A stretch of DNA of 63,861 nucleotides, counting the filler, from Lenisia limosa (lineage: Eukaryota; Protista; Breviatea), in the NCBI GenBank assembly GCA_001655205.1. It is 9 parts of 9 records of this genome, joined end to end, with 100 filler letters (N's around TTAATTAATTAA, not from the genome) between each part and the next. Parts side by side here need not be neighbours in the genome. Positions count along the whole stretch, not along the records: positions 1 to 21,897 come from LPNZ01009757.1; 8 more parts are not named here. One strand, 5' to 3'. A program made the position numbers and the translations under genes. Every line of letters starts with the position of its first letter. The first letter of the stretch is position 1. The notes under the pieces are model-generated. The model was given only the letters and a program-made list of their open reading frames with translations, was not told where the DNA came from and ran no database searches. Shown here piece after piece: positions 1 to 13,859 of the stretch.

Positions 1-50
1 TATAAAAAAAGAAATTTATGAAATCAAACCCCCAAATTATCCCCACAAAC

Positions 51-872
51 CGGCTCTATTCACGAAAGAGCTGTTAGGGGGAATGGTTCTTTCACAGGCT
101 GCGCAGCGGAAGCATTTCTAAGCAAGTGAAAAGGCAAAACCCAGTAAAGGATCTGTTCCAGGCTTTCATTTCTTCAGTTTCTATTGCATTTTAACTTTAC
201 TACAGGATTGTATGTATAGCTGAGTATAACCCTCAGATTGAGTTTAAAATCCATCAGCGAGGCATCTAGACAATAGTTCGATTTTGAAAATAGGTCTCTA
301 GTTACCGCCCCCCCCCCCTGGTAAACCAAAAATCATGCCTTATGAAATTGCAACGTATTTGTAACATGTCTCCAGAACACTAGAAAACAGCATAACTATC
401 TTAGATGAGTGCAGTTAAGGATCGCCCGCATACCTCATGCCAAGCTGATCCACAGGCTTCGATGCACTCGCCCTTAATGGCCATACGGCAACCCGCACAT
501 TTGCGGTCGAAACAGCGGCCGTGGTACTATTAATGTAAGACGTATCACACGGTATAAGAATTTTTAACTAGCTTTGATTACCTTTCACATACACCACAAA
601 TACACATAATAGGAGTAGATGGTCAGTGAATACGAATATGAATGGTCATCAAAAAACACATAGCATCTAGGGCTTCACTTCGGTTCGAAAAAAGACTAAA
701 TGTCATGATAAAACTACCGATATATATATATATATCAAACCGCAAGTGAAGCTCTAATAACATCCCAAGGATATACTCCATGTATTATCAACAGGCTCTC
801 ACCGTTTGTCCGTCAACGGTGATGTTCTCGGGGCTACTGCCGACATTGAGCCCGCACTTCGGGCACTTTCCG
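51..872 (-). CDS. LIM-domain protein, partial (exons 872-803, 526-434, 117-51; probably more exons up to ~1490 and beyond the window start)
   Basis: Phase-consistent GT-AG splicing gives GKCPKCGLNVGSSPENITVDGQT|YHGRCFDRKCAGCRMAIKGECIEACGSAWHE|KCFRCAACERTIPPNSSFVNRA, which matches the LIM pattern CxxC..WHxxCFxCxxC. Confidence 0.85.
668..756. mobile_element. MITE-A copy (in LIM gene intron; internal (TA)n)
   Basis: TA-GGGCTTCACTTCGGTTCGAAAAAAGAC ... AAGTGAAGCTC-TA. Confidence 0.85.
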
Positions 873-2497
873 CTACATCGTAAGAATTGAGAAACAAAAA
901 GGCAAAAGCAATGGTAGCCTATGTATTTGTATTTCCTGGTGTATTTTCTTCCAATTAAAAAAAAAACCCACACAAATGCACCAGAAGAAGTGGTGGAAGT
1001 AGTGCCGCTACGAACTTGGACACTCAATCCTGTCTTGTGAGACTTATGAAGATGGGGTTATACAGCTATTTGTTTTCTTAGTTTCGAAGAAAGAAACTCA
1101 CCAGCAAGACGGGCAATTCCAGTCTCCAAATCCTCTTCAACCCCCACATTTCCAAGGTATCTGAAATATAAGTCAGTGATCAATCATCAATCAGCGCATC
1201 ACAGAATATTGTTAAACTGTAACAAAATGACGCAACAAACAGGGAAATAACCCCAACCTGTTCGAGATATCTTCCCTCTTTTCAGAAGGATCTGCTACCA
1301 CGGCGCTGTCACTGGCCTTGGCAGCCTGGATGCCGCAGGTCTGAGGTGTTAGTCTTTGTCAAAGAGAGGTTCCAACAACGACATGAATGATATGTGTCTT
1401 TGGAATTGGATGAACAAAGGCGGAAGCTTACTCCGCAGGTTCCCGACACAATGTTTCCGCACTTTGGACAAAATCCTGAATAAGTTAGAGTGGGAGACGC
1501 CGAAGAAGAGCGGACAATCTGAATATCGGGAAACTAATCCGCCTACCCATCTTTCTTCTTACAACCTATAGAACGGTATATATATACAAATATAACTATT
1601 GACCAATTTAACCACGCAAATTTGAGCAGTCAGGCAGTCAGAGCATTTAAAATACTATATAAACCCTACATGTACTTCAAACTCTGGGGTACAACATTTT
1701 TATCCTGCCTTTTACTCAATTAGAAGTGTATATCAACGTAAAATCTCCAAATATATTGATTCCTTTCCAAAAAGTTGAGAAATTGTTCCAATCTTTTTTG
1801 CCATTAAACGATCGTGTTACCACTGGGCATGTAACAGAGTCTGCCTTCCTCTTGAAGCGTCAAACTCACTAATATTGCCCTGTCAATATGGGGGACTATT
1901 CGTTCCTCGCGGAATGTAAGCGTTTCCTCATTTTGGTTAACAATAATAACCAGATGAGTCACAGTTACTTTGGTCATACGCCTTTTCAAAAGAAGAATGC
2001 TGGACCCGGGTGTTCAACTCCCCCGAGAACCAGCATATCCGACAGATGTCATCGGTGCCCTCTGCTGACAGTGACAGAAGAGCAAAACAGGGTAAGTGGC
2101 GTTTAGGGTTTGAGCATAACGGAAATCGAGTGGTGTTGTCAGAGTAAACTGGGTGACTGTTTGGGATTGTTCCTATCAATGCTGAGGGTCTACTTTTCTA
2201 AAATCAAAATCAGCAATGTATGTTGTTTTTGTTTTTATGTCATGTGACTATTTGTTGCTTCACCACCATAAATGAGGGGTGTTAATTTTGTTGTTTTACT
2301 CTTAGATATGGAAAATGATTGTTTGATTCACCCCTCTCTTGATAACTGAATATCATTTTATATTTTTTTAAAAAAATGTTACCAAGACCCAATGTTTTGT
2401 CTTCCAAACCCTCATGTTGCTTTAATGCATAGCTTTTAATCGGGTACTTCCCCTGCCGCCCCTCGTTTCCCCTTCACCCCCAGTTTATGTTGATTGG

Positions 2498-4120
2498 AGA
2501 CGGCATGGGGAGGTCATGATTCATGGACAGCGGATCCGAATTGACCAGTCTGATTATGACCAGCTCTCGAGGAAAGACAGAGCTAAGTATGCCACTATTT
2601 GGTCCACTCTTCTTCACTCTAGTAAAAATATGAACCATAGTACAATACACTTTTTATCATATCAAATATTAAATATGTTGAGATGAGAAATAAAGAAGTA
2701 CGTTTCATAACAAGATGGAATATTGGGCAAGAAAAACAATCAAGCTTATAATAGAAAATGATCCGTTACAATATATTTTCCTTACTTTTCCCATTAAGAC
2801 TTGTTACTCGTGTGAGCTACTAACTCTTCCAGGCTTTTCAGACTGTTCAGACAGATCACGACAAACCATGACATCTACAACTACCTAAGCCTCAACTGCT
2901 GGCAAGGCGGTTACGTCACAATGGCTTCTAATTCGTGGGCAACACCTTTCTTACTCTTCTATCAATTAAATGATTTTATCTCTACTTTTCTTTCGTGAAG
3001 AATAAACTTCGTCTTGTCGAATGAGCAGACAAGCAATAATGTCCTTTTTTCTGAAACAACTCCTTTCATTGGTACCAAATGACCTGTAGATTGATCCATG
3101 ATCTGAGTGCGCGCGGACTAGTGGCGTCATTCACGCAAGCCCGTCACGAGTTCTCGAGACCCTCTGAAGAGGAGGCCGACCTCTACCCGGTACGCCAATG
3201 TGGATATCTTGCTACTCCTGAAGTGGATGGTCTTGGTTAGAACCTCCGTATTTCCATATGCCATTAGGACCACCAGAGTGTTATAGTTATGTTGATGGTG
3301 ATGGGTTTTTTTACACAGGCCTTTTTTCATTACGATATTTAGAATAGTGTTTTTTAATTTATTTGAGAAGAGAGTTCTTCTTTTAACTCCCGCCCAGGAA
3401 GAAAGTGTTTTGCATACAGTTGAGGCGAAAGTTGCCATTTGGGGCGATACCGCGGAGGAAACGTTTGCAAAGGTCAGAAGACTGTCCTTTTTCTGTTTGG
3501 TTTGGGTGCTGTTACCCTTTTTGGCAAAAAAAAAGACCACCTTAAATATCAATATGTAGTATGGATATATTTGCTAATATCTCTTATAAGCGTTATAGTT
3601 TGGACGGCTTCGGCCAGATACAACTTTGTTTTTTTATTTCATATTGGTATATTTTCAGTCCATAACAACATGACATTTTAGAGAGTGGTGGCGATTGTGA
3701 GTGCAACCTTCATGTTATCTCCAGATGAAGAGTGCGGCGTGAGGGGATGGGTGTATTCGTTTTGAACGGAGGGAGAATGTCCTTCTGAGGTAATATGCAT
3801 TTTGATAATATCTTCATGATTAAACAAAAGATATTGTCTGGAACCTCCAGCACTATTTGGCTCAACTGAATTGGGAGCTTTTGCAACAACAGACTCTTGA
3901 CCGATTATTCAAAACATACATTCCCGAGCAAGACCAGCCTCAGTCGGTATATCATATCAACTAGCCTGTTTATGAGAGCGTTGACCTTACGACTCAGGTA
4001 AAGTTGAACCTCCACAAGCATGTCATACACGCTCTGCATTGTCGTGCTGCATCCCTCCTTCCCAGGCCTCATGACACCTGGTTCCTTGACCCTCCCCTTG
4101 ACAAAGTCTGCTGATCAACG
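2498..4120 (+). CDS. Spliced hypothetical protein (fragments)
   Basis: GT-AG flanked exon-like blocks, e.g. RLFRLFRQITTNHDIYNYLSLNCWQG (~2833-2900), HDLSARGLVASFTQARHEFSRPSEEEADLYP (~3096-3190), EESVLHTVEAKVAIWGDTAEETFAK (~3398-3472). No domain recognised. Confidence 0.4.
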
Positions 4121-4136
4121 GCTCTTCTATTATATA

Positions 4137-4231
4137 AGGGCTTCAGTTCGGTTCAAAAAAATACGGAATTTCTCGATAAATCCTCGAAAATCGATAATTG
4201 CCGATCTTTTTCAAAACAAAGTGAAGCCCTA
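4137..4231. mobile_element. MITE-A copy
   Basis: Both TIRs present, TA at the right end. Confidence 0.85.
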
Positions 4232-5032
4232 ATTATATTTCATACATATGACATGGGGGAACATAGCTCATAAATAGAGAACTGGCGGCTTCGGCCTCGT
4301 TGCATATTTCTACAGTCTTATCCATTGACATATTCATTTAGCCCTACGACGCCCCCGCTAATCTCCCTGTTACCCCCGATTACAGCCGTAAATCGTTGTA
4401 TCTCTGTAGGCTGGTATTCTCACCTGGATTGTTTTAAGGGACGGAGTGGGATAATAATAGCATACACACTAGATGCATCACTTTTCTACTTTGCTACATA
4501 GTGGGTTGGTATAACAATAGTTCGTGGGGAAAGTTGTATTCGAAAGAGTAACCCTTTCTCGACACATCCTCCCAACATAACGTTGTGCCTTTGTTTTTGA
4601 AGTGAAGTCATGGTGTTAAAAGATGTCATGTAGCCTTTCAATAATTTAACATGATATTCGCTTGCATTTGGATAACATCCAGTCTGTACACTTGAGATAA
4701 TCCACTAGCTGCTTATTATGGTCGCAATCAGACAGTACGCTACCTTCTCAATGCAAGGTCACATCTCCAGGAGGAATTTGATGACGTTAGGGGTGCTTTT
4801 TAGTTTTTCCTGTGGAGGAATCTGTGTAAAACTTTTTTTTATGTACATATCATATGTATGTACAGCTTGCTACATATGAAATGTATATATTACTACATCT
4901 AGTGTAACTTTTTTTGACAGCAGTGAAACCTTTCGATCTTTTTTACCACCTCTCATTTCTGATACTCCAAAAGCCTTCATTTCTGATACTCCAAAGCCAT
5001 CTTAACCTCGGCCTTCTGAATCATTTCCGCAG

Positions 5033-8000
5033 ACTCGCGGCGACAACCAAAGCCACTACTCAATTGCTTTGGAGAAGGGCGATCTTGACGAAGCGGTGAG
5101 GGGATGGGGTGTCACCATTTCGAGATTGAAGAGGGAAAAGTATACTATATAACTGTCAAATAATATGCATCTATAGAACATACGAAATTAGAGCTGTGAT
5201 ATTCTGATACACTACATGAATGATTGACTTTTACTGTTGTATTACATTTTTCACGTATGCTGGAGTGATGGGATGCGGTGCTGCAGAAGCGACNNNNNNN
5301 NNNNNNNNNNNNNNNNNNNNNNNNNNNNNNNNNNNNNNNNNNNNNNNNNNNNNNNNNNNNNNNNNNNNNNNNNNNNNNNNNNNNNNNNNNNNNNNNNNNN
5401 NNNNNNNNNNNNNNNNNNNNNNNNNNNNNNNNNNNTCGCGGCGAAACTATCGCACACAAGGCGGCACGGGCTGGTGGGCATGGAGAGGGGTATTAGTTTA
5501 TTTGCCTGGATTTGGGAATGTGATGCTTTTTTGCAAGTGTAGAAACGTGTATTTATTAAAGAAGAAGGGGAAACGAACCATACAAAAATTAAAGGATTAG
5601 AGCTGGATTTGAAAGACGGAATCACAAGGGGAGAATTGGGGCAGTGGGGTATGTGATGGTTTTGGTGGTATGTGATAGTTTTGGTGTTGTGCAGTGAGGG
5701 TGTATTAATACTCTTCATTGTTTCATTTGTTTACCCCCTTTCCCAGGAGAAGTAAAGCTCCTTCACGATTTGAGAGGATACGGCTTCGACATTCTGACGA
5801 GTGTCACTGCGGACGGTCATCTTCCGACGGACTTTATCCCGGATAAACGTGGGGGGTGCATTCGTCGGATAGCTTTTTTAAAAAAAACAAAATATGTATT
5901 GAATCAAGACAAGTGAAACAAGATGGCTAGCAAGTACTAATATATTGTTTGGTTCTGACTTACATCTGGTTATATTCTAACCGTGGAGGTCTTATTAGAA
6001 CGGGGGGTGGTACTGTTTGTTCTTGCTTGTGAATCTCTGTTATTGCAAGTATCTGCTGGATGATTTTTGACATTTTATATTCCAATATCCCTAACAAGCG
6101 TGACGTGGTGGATGGTTACGGATGGACACTATAATCCTCTATCTGTTATCTTTGGTTTGATACGCCTCTGTTAATATCCCATCCGCATTCAGATTCTGAG
6201 AAAGCCGAGATGGTGAAGCTCTGTGCTAATGGAATCGAGAGCAAGAAAGAGATCGAGGACGGCCTGCTGAGAGGTGAGGTGGCCTGCTGGGGGGGGGGGT
6301 GAAAATATAAAAAAAATAAATTAAAAGACAGTCTTGGGATTTTGTAAATTTATACATTGGGGCAAACATAAGCAATATTATCACCACTCTACAGTCCCGT
6401 ACCCCTCTACCAGCTCGTTTGGAAATAAGAATCTGCCCAATTTTGACTTATGTCACACTATTGCCATCTTGTATCTTCCTTAGCTATACGGGGAATGATT
6501 AACATTTGCTGGGATCTTGCAGCAGCAAAAGGACACCGGCTGTTGACAGCTTTATGGAGTGTTGTCCATAACACCATGGTGTGTACGGCTTCCGCTGGAT
6601 ACAACCTTATTTTTTTATTTCTCATTGCTATTCATACATAATACCGTCAGATGAGCTGCATGCGCGCTCACGCCTGCTTATGGCGTCAAGCATGGGTCGT
6701 AGTGAAGTCGCAGAGGAAATACTGTGCCCCCCAGGTATGGGGGGCTGTTCGCCTTTTTGTTTAATCGTTTGTCACCATTAGCATACTGATATAAGACTCA
6801 TGAATAGGGCTTCCCTTCGGTCTAAAAAAGATCGGTCATATATCGATATTTATCGAGGATTTATCGAGCAAGTCTTTTTTGAGACAGTAGGGAATCTCTA
6901 CTTATGAATGTCACGATTCAGACGTTAACATGTCCCGCGACTCCGATGGCAACTCCCCGCTTCATCTTGCTGCTAAGGCTGGAGCTGTTGACCTTCTTTC
7001 GTCCGGGGGGGGGGGTGATGTGGAACAAGAATGTCTGGTCATAAAGAATAAAACCACAAGTATTGGTCTACTACTACCACCTTGTGATTTATCTCAAACT
7101 CAAAAAGCCTATTCCACAAACACCGGCAACATGGCCTGGATATCTCTTATGCTCCTTATGCTCCCTCCGCAACACAAGTTGCTCCCTCCGCAACACAAGT
7201 TGTTGTTTAATACAACTGCTAACGTGCCCCGCTTTATATGACTTTCTGACTGTCTCACTTAACTGCATTGTTTCTATCCCCCCCCCCCTCCAAATCTGAC
7301 ATATTGCAGAATTCTCCTGCAACATGGGGCTCGTTTGGACGTACTCAACAAAAAAGAGGAGGTTGCAGGGGGTGTTTGCTGGATATTGGTCAATTCATCT
7401 TTTATTTAATTGGAAAATGTCTTCCATGTACTACGTGGGGCCGTAGCCCATTGCAGTTGGACACCCAGCCTCATCTGCGTTTCTTTCTAAAAACTGGATA
7501 ATTATTGATGGAAATTGAGAACAAGGGGTGACAAGGCGTCGAATAGCCCAAGAATGATCCCTTACTCCCTACTTTTCTCTTATGCGGTATAGACCCCCCT
7601 GGACAGCTGCCCGCAAGGAGATCGGTTCACGTCGCTCTTCCTGCGCGCCGCCATTATTGCGGCACGTGCACGCGATACCATCAACGACAACGCTGCTATC
7701 ATCAACAGCTTGATCAATGGTGGGGGTACAACAACGTTATTGGAGTCAGAACCATATATGTGGGTAACATTACAGATAATGTCGCAGTTTCTTAGTTCTA
7801 CCTACGTAATTAATCAAAATTGAATATGATATCATATCATATCATATACATTCAAGTTGAGACTTGTACAGCTTGATCAATGGTGGGGGTACAGCATGAT
7901 GATGGGGGTGGGGGTACATATTCCATTGTCGGTTAATATCAGTGTAAAAGAAACAATAGAATGTGGCAGCGTCGCAACACGTCTTTGGGACCATGAGATG

Positions 8001-10310
8001 TAAAATATACCTGGGATAATGAAATAATAATTAGGGATGCCCAAAAATGAGGGTAAACTGAAGGATGCCTGTTAAAGCTTAGAGAAGTATCCATGATTGT
8101 CGGCATAGCTCAGTTTCATGATGATGAAGGTAACACTCCTATATCTACAGATGCAACCTTGTTTAATTTCTCATCTCTATGATTACTGTAAATTGAATTC
8201 GCAGCGCTCTTCCATTATATTCCAGGACCCTTCAAGCCCAACCTGCCACCGTGTGTGTGCGGAGGTTCCGGATGTGACAATTCGCGCAAACGCAGAGCGC
8301 TTGCGTGAGCTGGGTTTAGTTTGAACTGTCTCTTGATAAGTTTTACTGCTAATATTGCCATCATCTCTAATCCCAGTCCTCGATTATCTCTTTCATCGTG
8401 ACTATTTAATCAACATTTAATTTAATCCAATATTTTTTGATGATTCGTAATCTTGTAATGACCATCATCTTAAATCACCATAATCAATAGTCCCTTGATC
8501 CTAACTAGTGCTTCCATATGGTCTCAAAAAAGACTGAATTTCTCAATAAATCCTCAAAAATTAACGATATTTTGATGGTCTTTTTCGGTCTGTAGGGAAG
8601 CCCTAATCTTAACCCCTTGATCATCATAATCCCATGACCATCATAAAGTCCATAAAATCACCATTACAGTGTACTGGACCAGGACCTGTTGATGCTTCGG
8701 AGCCACACCAACAATGAGCTGTCAACTGTGGAGTTCGAAACCTTCATCGAGAGGCCTGCTGGTGGGGTTAATGTCAATTTTGACCCGTTTATCCTTTTTC
8801 ATCCTACAGAATCATTTTGTAAAGTAAGAGCATATCAGTTTCAAACAGCCTAAATAACAAATATTCTGTACACGAGTGATATTTCGATTTCGATTTAATA
8901 TGAGTTGATGACTCTCACGCACTAGGAATTACGAGTGCCCTGAAGGACCTCTTTGACTCGGACGTCTATAAGTGTTCCAAAGCAATGCCACGATCCTCTA
9001 TCAAATCAAGGAGCCAGCAAGGTTGCCATGGGGGATGGGGTAAACAAAGGAAATTTCGATGAAAAATATTGGCATAAAGGTACTAATCACGAAACGAATA
9101 ATCTGAAACTCCAAACATACAAATATAAAACAAGCAATAACAAACACGAGCAACCAACACTAAAATTAGACATGTGGGGGGGGGGGGTNNNNNNNNNNNN
9201 NNNNNNNNNNNNNNNNNNNNNNNNNNNNNNNNNNNNNNNNNNNNNNNNNNNNNNNNNNNNGTTTTTCATTCTATTTTAACAATTTGTTTCTTATTTGCTT
9301 CTTATTTGCTTCTGATTTGCTTCTCTTATTTGTTTCTTATATGCTTCTTATTTGTTTCTTGTTTGCTTCTTATTTGCCAGATGTGACCCGGGCGCAGTCC
9401 CCACTCACAGACGACTCATTCTTCGCTTCAGCTCCGAACAGTTTGGGGGCTGAACAGATTTCTAACAACAATCAACATTCTATGTGGATCATATACCAGT
9501 ATTATATGCTATTTTGACTTAAATCACATTTTAATACATCCAACATGATAATATTGAAGGCTTTGCTCAGTATAGTACAGTCATATAAGAGATCATATAC
9601 TATATTACCTTTTGTTCTGTCATTACGCCCGTAGCTCCAATGACAAATGAACCTTCAAGGAAAGGCGGTTATGAGAAACACTNNNNNNNNNNNNNNNNNN
9701 NNNNNNNNNNNNNNNNNNNNNNNNNNNNNNNNNNNNNNNNNNNNNNNNNNNNNNNNNNNNNNNNNNNNNNNNNNNNNNNNNNNNNNNNNNNNNNNNNNNN
9801 NNNNNNNNNNNNNNNNNNNNNNNNNNNNNNNNNNNNNNNNNNNNNNNNNNNNNNNNNNNNNNNNNNAATTCGCCTCATAGCCGGCGATTTCATGCTCCTC
9901 CCCACCACACCCTTCCACGGAGTAGCTGATTCGCCCGTACAGTCCCCGGGACTTTCCACCCCTGTCATCCACAGCCCCAACGCTATGGCCGCAGCTACAG
10001 CTCCTCAGAGTGGGGCACTTAATTGGATTCGTTCTTAATGACAATTGATGAACGCACTTTTTTGTGGGGTTGAGTAGGGCTTCACTTCAGTTCGAAAAGA
10101 CAAACTTTGTCGAGAATTATCGATTAGTGTAATTGTTTTAGTCACTCGATTGGTTTAATTTGAGTGCTTATTTTCCTAGTGAAACCGCAGTCAAGAAGGG
10201 ACGACGCTGCATCCATCCGCAAATTCAGTGACATGCTAGAGAGGGCAGGGCTTGATGACGACGATGAAGTTGAGGTCACGAGGAAGAAGAGAACAAAGAA
10301 GAAGAGAGGG
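5033..10310 (+). CDS. Ankyrin-repeat protein, multi-exon (5033-5095, ~5436-5473, 5747-5848, 6193-6273, 6651-6734, 6922-7000, 7310-~7362, 7593-~7719, further exons to ~10310)
   Basis: Phase-consistent splicing yields ankyrin motifs GETIAHKAARAG..VKLLHDLRGYGFD, DVNMSRDSDGNSPLHLAAKAGAVDLLSILLQHGARLDVLNKKEETPLD. The 3' exons are less certain. Confidence 0.85.
6805..6900. mobile_element. MITE-A variant B copy (GGGCTTCCCT ends) in ankyrin gene intron
   Basis: TA-GGGCTTCCCTTCGGTC...GACAGTAGGGAATCTC-TA. Confidence 0.85.
8506..8605. mobile_element. MITE-A variant B copy
   Basis: Right TIR CTGTAGGGAAGCCC-TA; internal core with CpG transitions. Confidence 0.8.
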
Positions 10311-10659
10311 GTGAGGGGATCAGTTCACCTCGTATATTCTATTTTGGGCTTTTTTGTTTCATCAATTTTCCAATTTTACCCCCCCCCCCCCCNNNNNNNN
10401 NNNNNNNNNNNNNNNNNNNNNNNNNNNNNNNNNNNNNNNNNNNNNNNNNNNNNNNNNNNNNNTTCCGAATGGGATTAGTTGTTATGGTCTATGGCGTATA
10501 TGGTTGATATAGTTTCTTAGGGTTGGGATTTTCAAATTTGTGAATATCACTTATTATGGCTCGGTTCGTGTCAAATTTTCGAAGATTTATCGAGATTCAG
10601 TCATTTTTCGACCAAGTGAAGGATGACCACCAACGTTACGAGTTAGTAAGTTCACGCTA

Positions 10660-11826
10660 ATATGGGGTACAATCTAATGAGCCAGTTGCCAGTAGTGTCA
10701 TATTTGACCACATTGATGTCGTCGGCAAGACTGCAACCATAGTGACCGGAGAACATTGTACGAGAAAACTGAATCGTAGAGACGCTCCCGTAGGCCCAAT
10801 GCCCGCAAATAAAGATTTACTTTGAAATATGACAGCAACATAATAGTTTGAACACACATCAAGAGAAAGCCATTCACTCATGGCAATTTAAAAGAACCAC
10901 TCATCTTGCTGGGAATCAACTTCGAAGAAAAAGCTCCCTAAGCAGTCAATTTCCGGATTTTGTCGGGCTCAACCATAATTACGAAAGAGAAAATTGCCAT
11001 GTTAGGTTCCACTATGATTGAACTACATGACATAACTACGCTGACCTTTTTCGTGTTTTGAAAGACTGGAGCGACCGATTCATCGGATGAAGATTCTGGA
11101 TTATTAATGAATGAAAATTCAAGGGACAATGGGTATGTATAAGTGTGCAGGATAAAAGAGCAACGGATATGGACAGTTAAAGCAACGGATAATTGAGCAA
11201 GGCATCATGACAAGAATACCAGGACTGTGTATGCCATCATTACAAATACGCAGCCTACTTGGATGGCCACCGGGCCAGGTGAGGCTCCCAAATAAGTCAC
11301 AACCTGGGGGGTAAGATTTGGTATACTATACTATAGAACGAAAAAAAATGGCCCAAAATCAACCCTGTTGACTGATAACACACGAGGGTTGAGAACAATA
11401 AAACAAACAAAGCCAGGCCAGTCGCTTCTGCAGCACCGCATCCCATCGGGGGAGGGGGTTATAATTGGAATATATCCTATATATATATCATAAACAAAAC
11501 AAAACCTAGGATCAATAGAGGAAGAAGGTTTGAAGTAAGATGGAGGGGTGGTATAGAGGAGGTTTCGTTACTCTTTTAGCCCCCATTTTTGAAGAAGGAA
11601 ACAATGCCTTGGCCGTTCGGAGTCGGTGGCTGGGTGGTGGACTCGTAGTTTCCCGGGGTAGAATTACACCGGCCCACTTCAAGTGAACCCCCACAGCTCA
11701 TTTGCACATAAAGCTCCCTCACCTCAAGACAGTACTCTCCAAACTCCTGCTTGCTGCCTGATTCGGGAATTTCAGGTAAGGAAAGCTCGATCTCGTGATC
11801 CAGACAGACTGTACTCATCCCCAAGG
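10660..11826 (-). CDS. Spliced hypothetical protein; the 3' part carries a stop and a frameshift (possible pseudogene)
   Basis: Acceptors with C-runs at 11827-11828 and 11304-11305. ORFs 11576-11824, 10938-11129 and 10657-10881 read as one interrupted frame. Confidence 0.4.
11304..11446 (-). repeat. Intron-end repeat, complete - strand copy
   Basis: The reverse complement matches 34913-35040 and ends at a - strand acceptor. Other - strand copies at 11827-11892, 23200-23230, 28648-28714, 55340-55500 and a partial at 1-40. Confidence 0.85.
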
Positions 11827-13859
11827 CTGGGGGGAGTCAATATAGGGGGTGGAGGGGGTGAATTATGAAAAGCCCAAATCAACTCTGTTGCCTCCCACAT
11901 TGTGGTGGAGAAGACTTTCGAATTGCCATGAAAAGTTCTAAAAAGTCAAGGGAGCAATGTTTAGCGGCAATAATCTTCCTTTTGTTCCTTATGAAGGTGC
12001 TACAATTTTAAATAGTTTTGTCTCTTTTATAGTTAATTAGATCAAGTGTTGTCCACATTTTTAGGCAACTAACATGAACAAGCACATTAAAGATATCATG
12101 GTTGTCTATCCGCAAACTGTTGTGAGTTGAGTGGGAGGGAGATAAGAAGCTAGCCACCTAAAAGGTCAAAAGGGGAAAACAACGCATAAAAAGAAGTCTT
12201 GACCGATTTGCTATGATTTCCCAAGGAAAATAGGCCAAGGCTTATCTCAGTCACTGTAGATCTAATACAATGTATCGCTGCTGCATGTTTGAAGAATGAA
12301 TCGTTTTATGAAAGTTATGTGTATAAAGTTATGTATTGAAAATAGCTACCCCTTGTATTCTGAAATGTTTGCCCAATGATACTGGTAATAGAAATGAGAG
12401 ATATAAAAAGGAAAAGATAGCGGCCGAACGCCCACGCCTCCACGCTTATAAAAGATATTGGATCATAGTATCATATTAACACATCCAATCATTTTCCTTA
12501 CAAATCCAATCCGTCTTGTGGGATTTAGGAGGTGACAGAGAGGGATTTAAACAAAGGCTTCAAAATATCATATTATCGCAAATATTGATAACGACAAGTG
12601 TATGACATCAATATAGCGACAAGTGTATGAAATCAAACCAACATTAATAACGTATGACATCAAACCAATATTGAGAGCGACAAGTGTATCAAACCTTAAA
12701 GATGTTCATGAGACTTGTTGTTTGTGGAGTGAGCATTGTCACTGCTCCTATGGGACTAAACTCCTTGCAGATTAATGCTAGAGTGTCAAAAGCATTTGAG
12801 TAAAAACATAAAAAATAATGTTTGACTGCCCTAAATCCGGAAAAGTAGAAACAAATGGGAAATAAAGAGAAGGAAACTGGAGTAACATGGATCTCTGAAA
12901 ATAACAATAACTGTTTAAGCATCATATCATTTCCTCAAATGGTGTAATGAGCTTATCTTCTGGGTAATTAATCAATATCAATAATACGATGAAATCCGGT
13001 CATCGTTGTAACTTGAAAGGCGGTCATATCACAACAAAATAGCGCTTTAACGTACACCGCAGATACCTAAAGACGCGCAGCCGTGGATGCAATCGGGGCT
13101 AATGGCCATGAATAATGGTGACGGCTGTGTACTCAAAAATGTCACGATAGCGCCTGGGAAGTTAGAAGGTCAATCTGAGTTTGGCACAGTATTTTAGTCC
13201 TCTATAAATGTCATTATTTAATAACCTGCGGATCACATGGGTTTCGTATTCCATTGTAGACAGAATTTAACATGTCTTTTAATATACGAATCACATTCAA
13301 GTATGAGAAATAAAAAGGGTGACCACAATCAACTAATTTCAGCAAGCTGCACCACACTCCTCCATACCTGTGGCAACGCCAGACTTGGCAGAAATGCGAG
13401 GGTAATTCGTTGAACCGTTGATATGCTTCATCAGAATTTGTGCCCATACACCAAGAACTTAATGGTGAAAACATCAAATATAACATCATTGTGGACTTTG
13501 TGTTACGCGATACGCAGTTTGGTTGACGGCATTTCATTCAAGGATTAATTTTCCATGTATAAAGATACTAATTGACACAATTTGTGAAATGGTGTTTTGA
13601 ACAATATGTCCATTTCATCAATATTATTTCTCAAATAATTACAATAGCCTTGGTATTATGAGGGAGTTACCTGTAATAGCATGCTTGTGATTGGTGCAGT
13701 TCTGTGGGAGTCCAATGACTGTGTAGTCACCTAATCAATAAACATCAAAATAAAAGAAATCAGCAACTCAAAATTGTCGTTCAATTCAACTTGCCAATTC
13801 ACGTATACAAATCTATATATAATTATTACTATCAATTACAAAAAAGCCTCATCCCACTC

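Noticed and set aside
5220-5600. ORFs spanning N runs (many in the track)
   Set aside because: They are open only because N codons hide stops.
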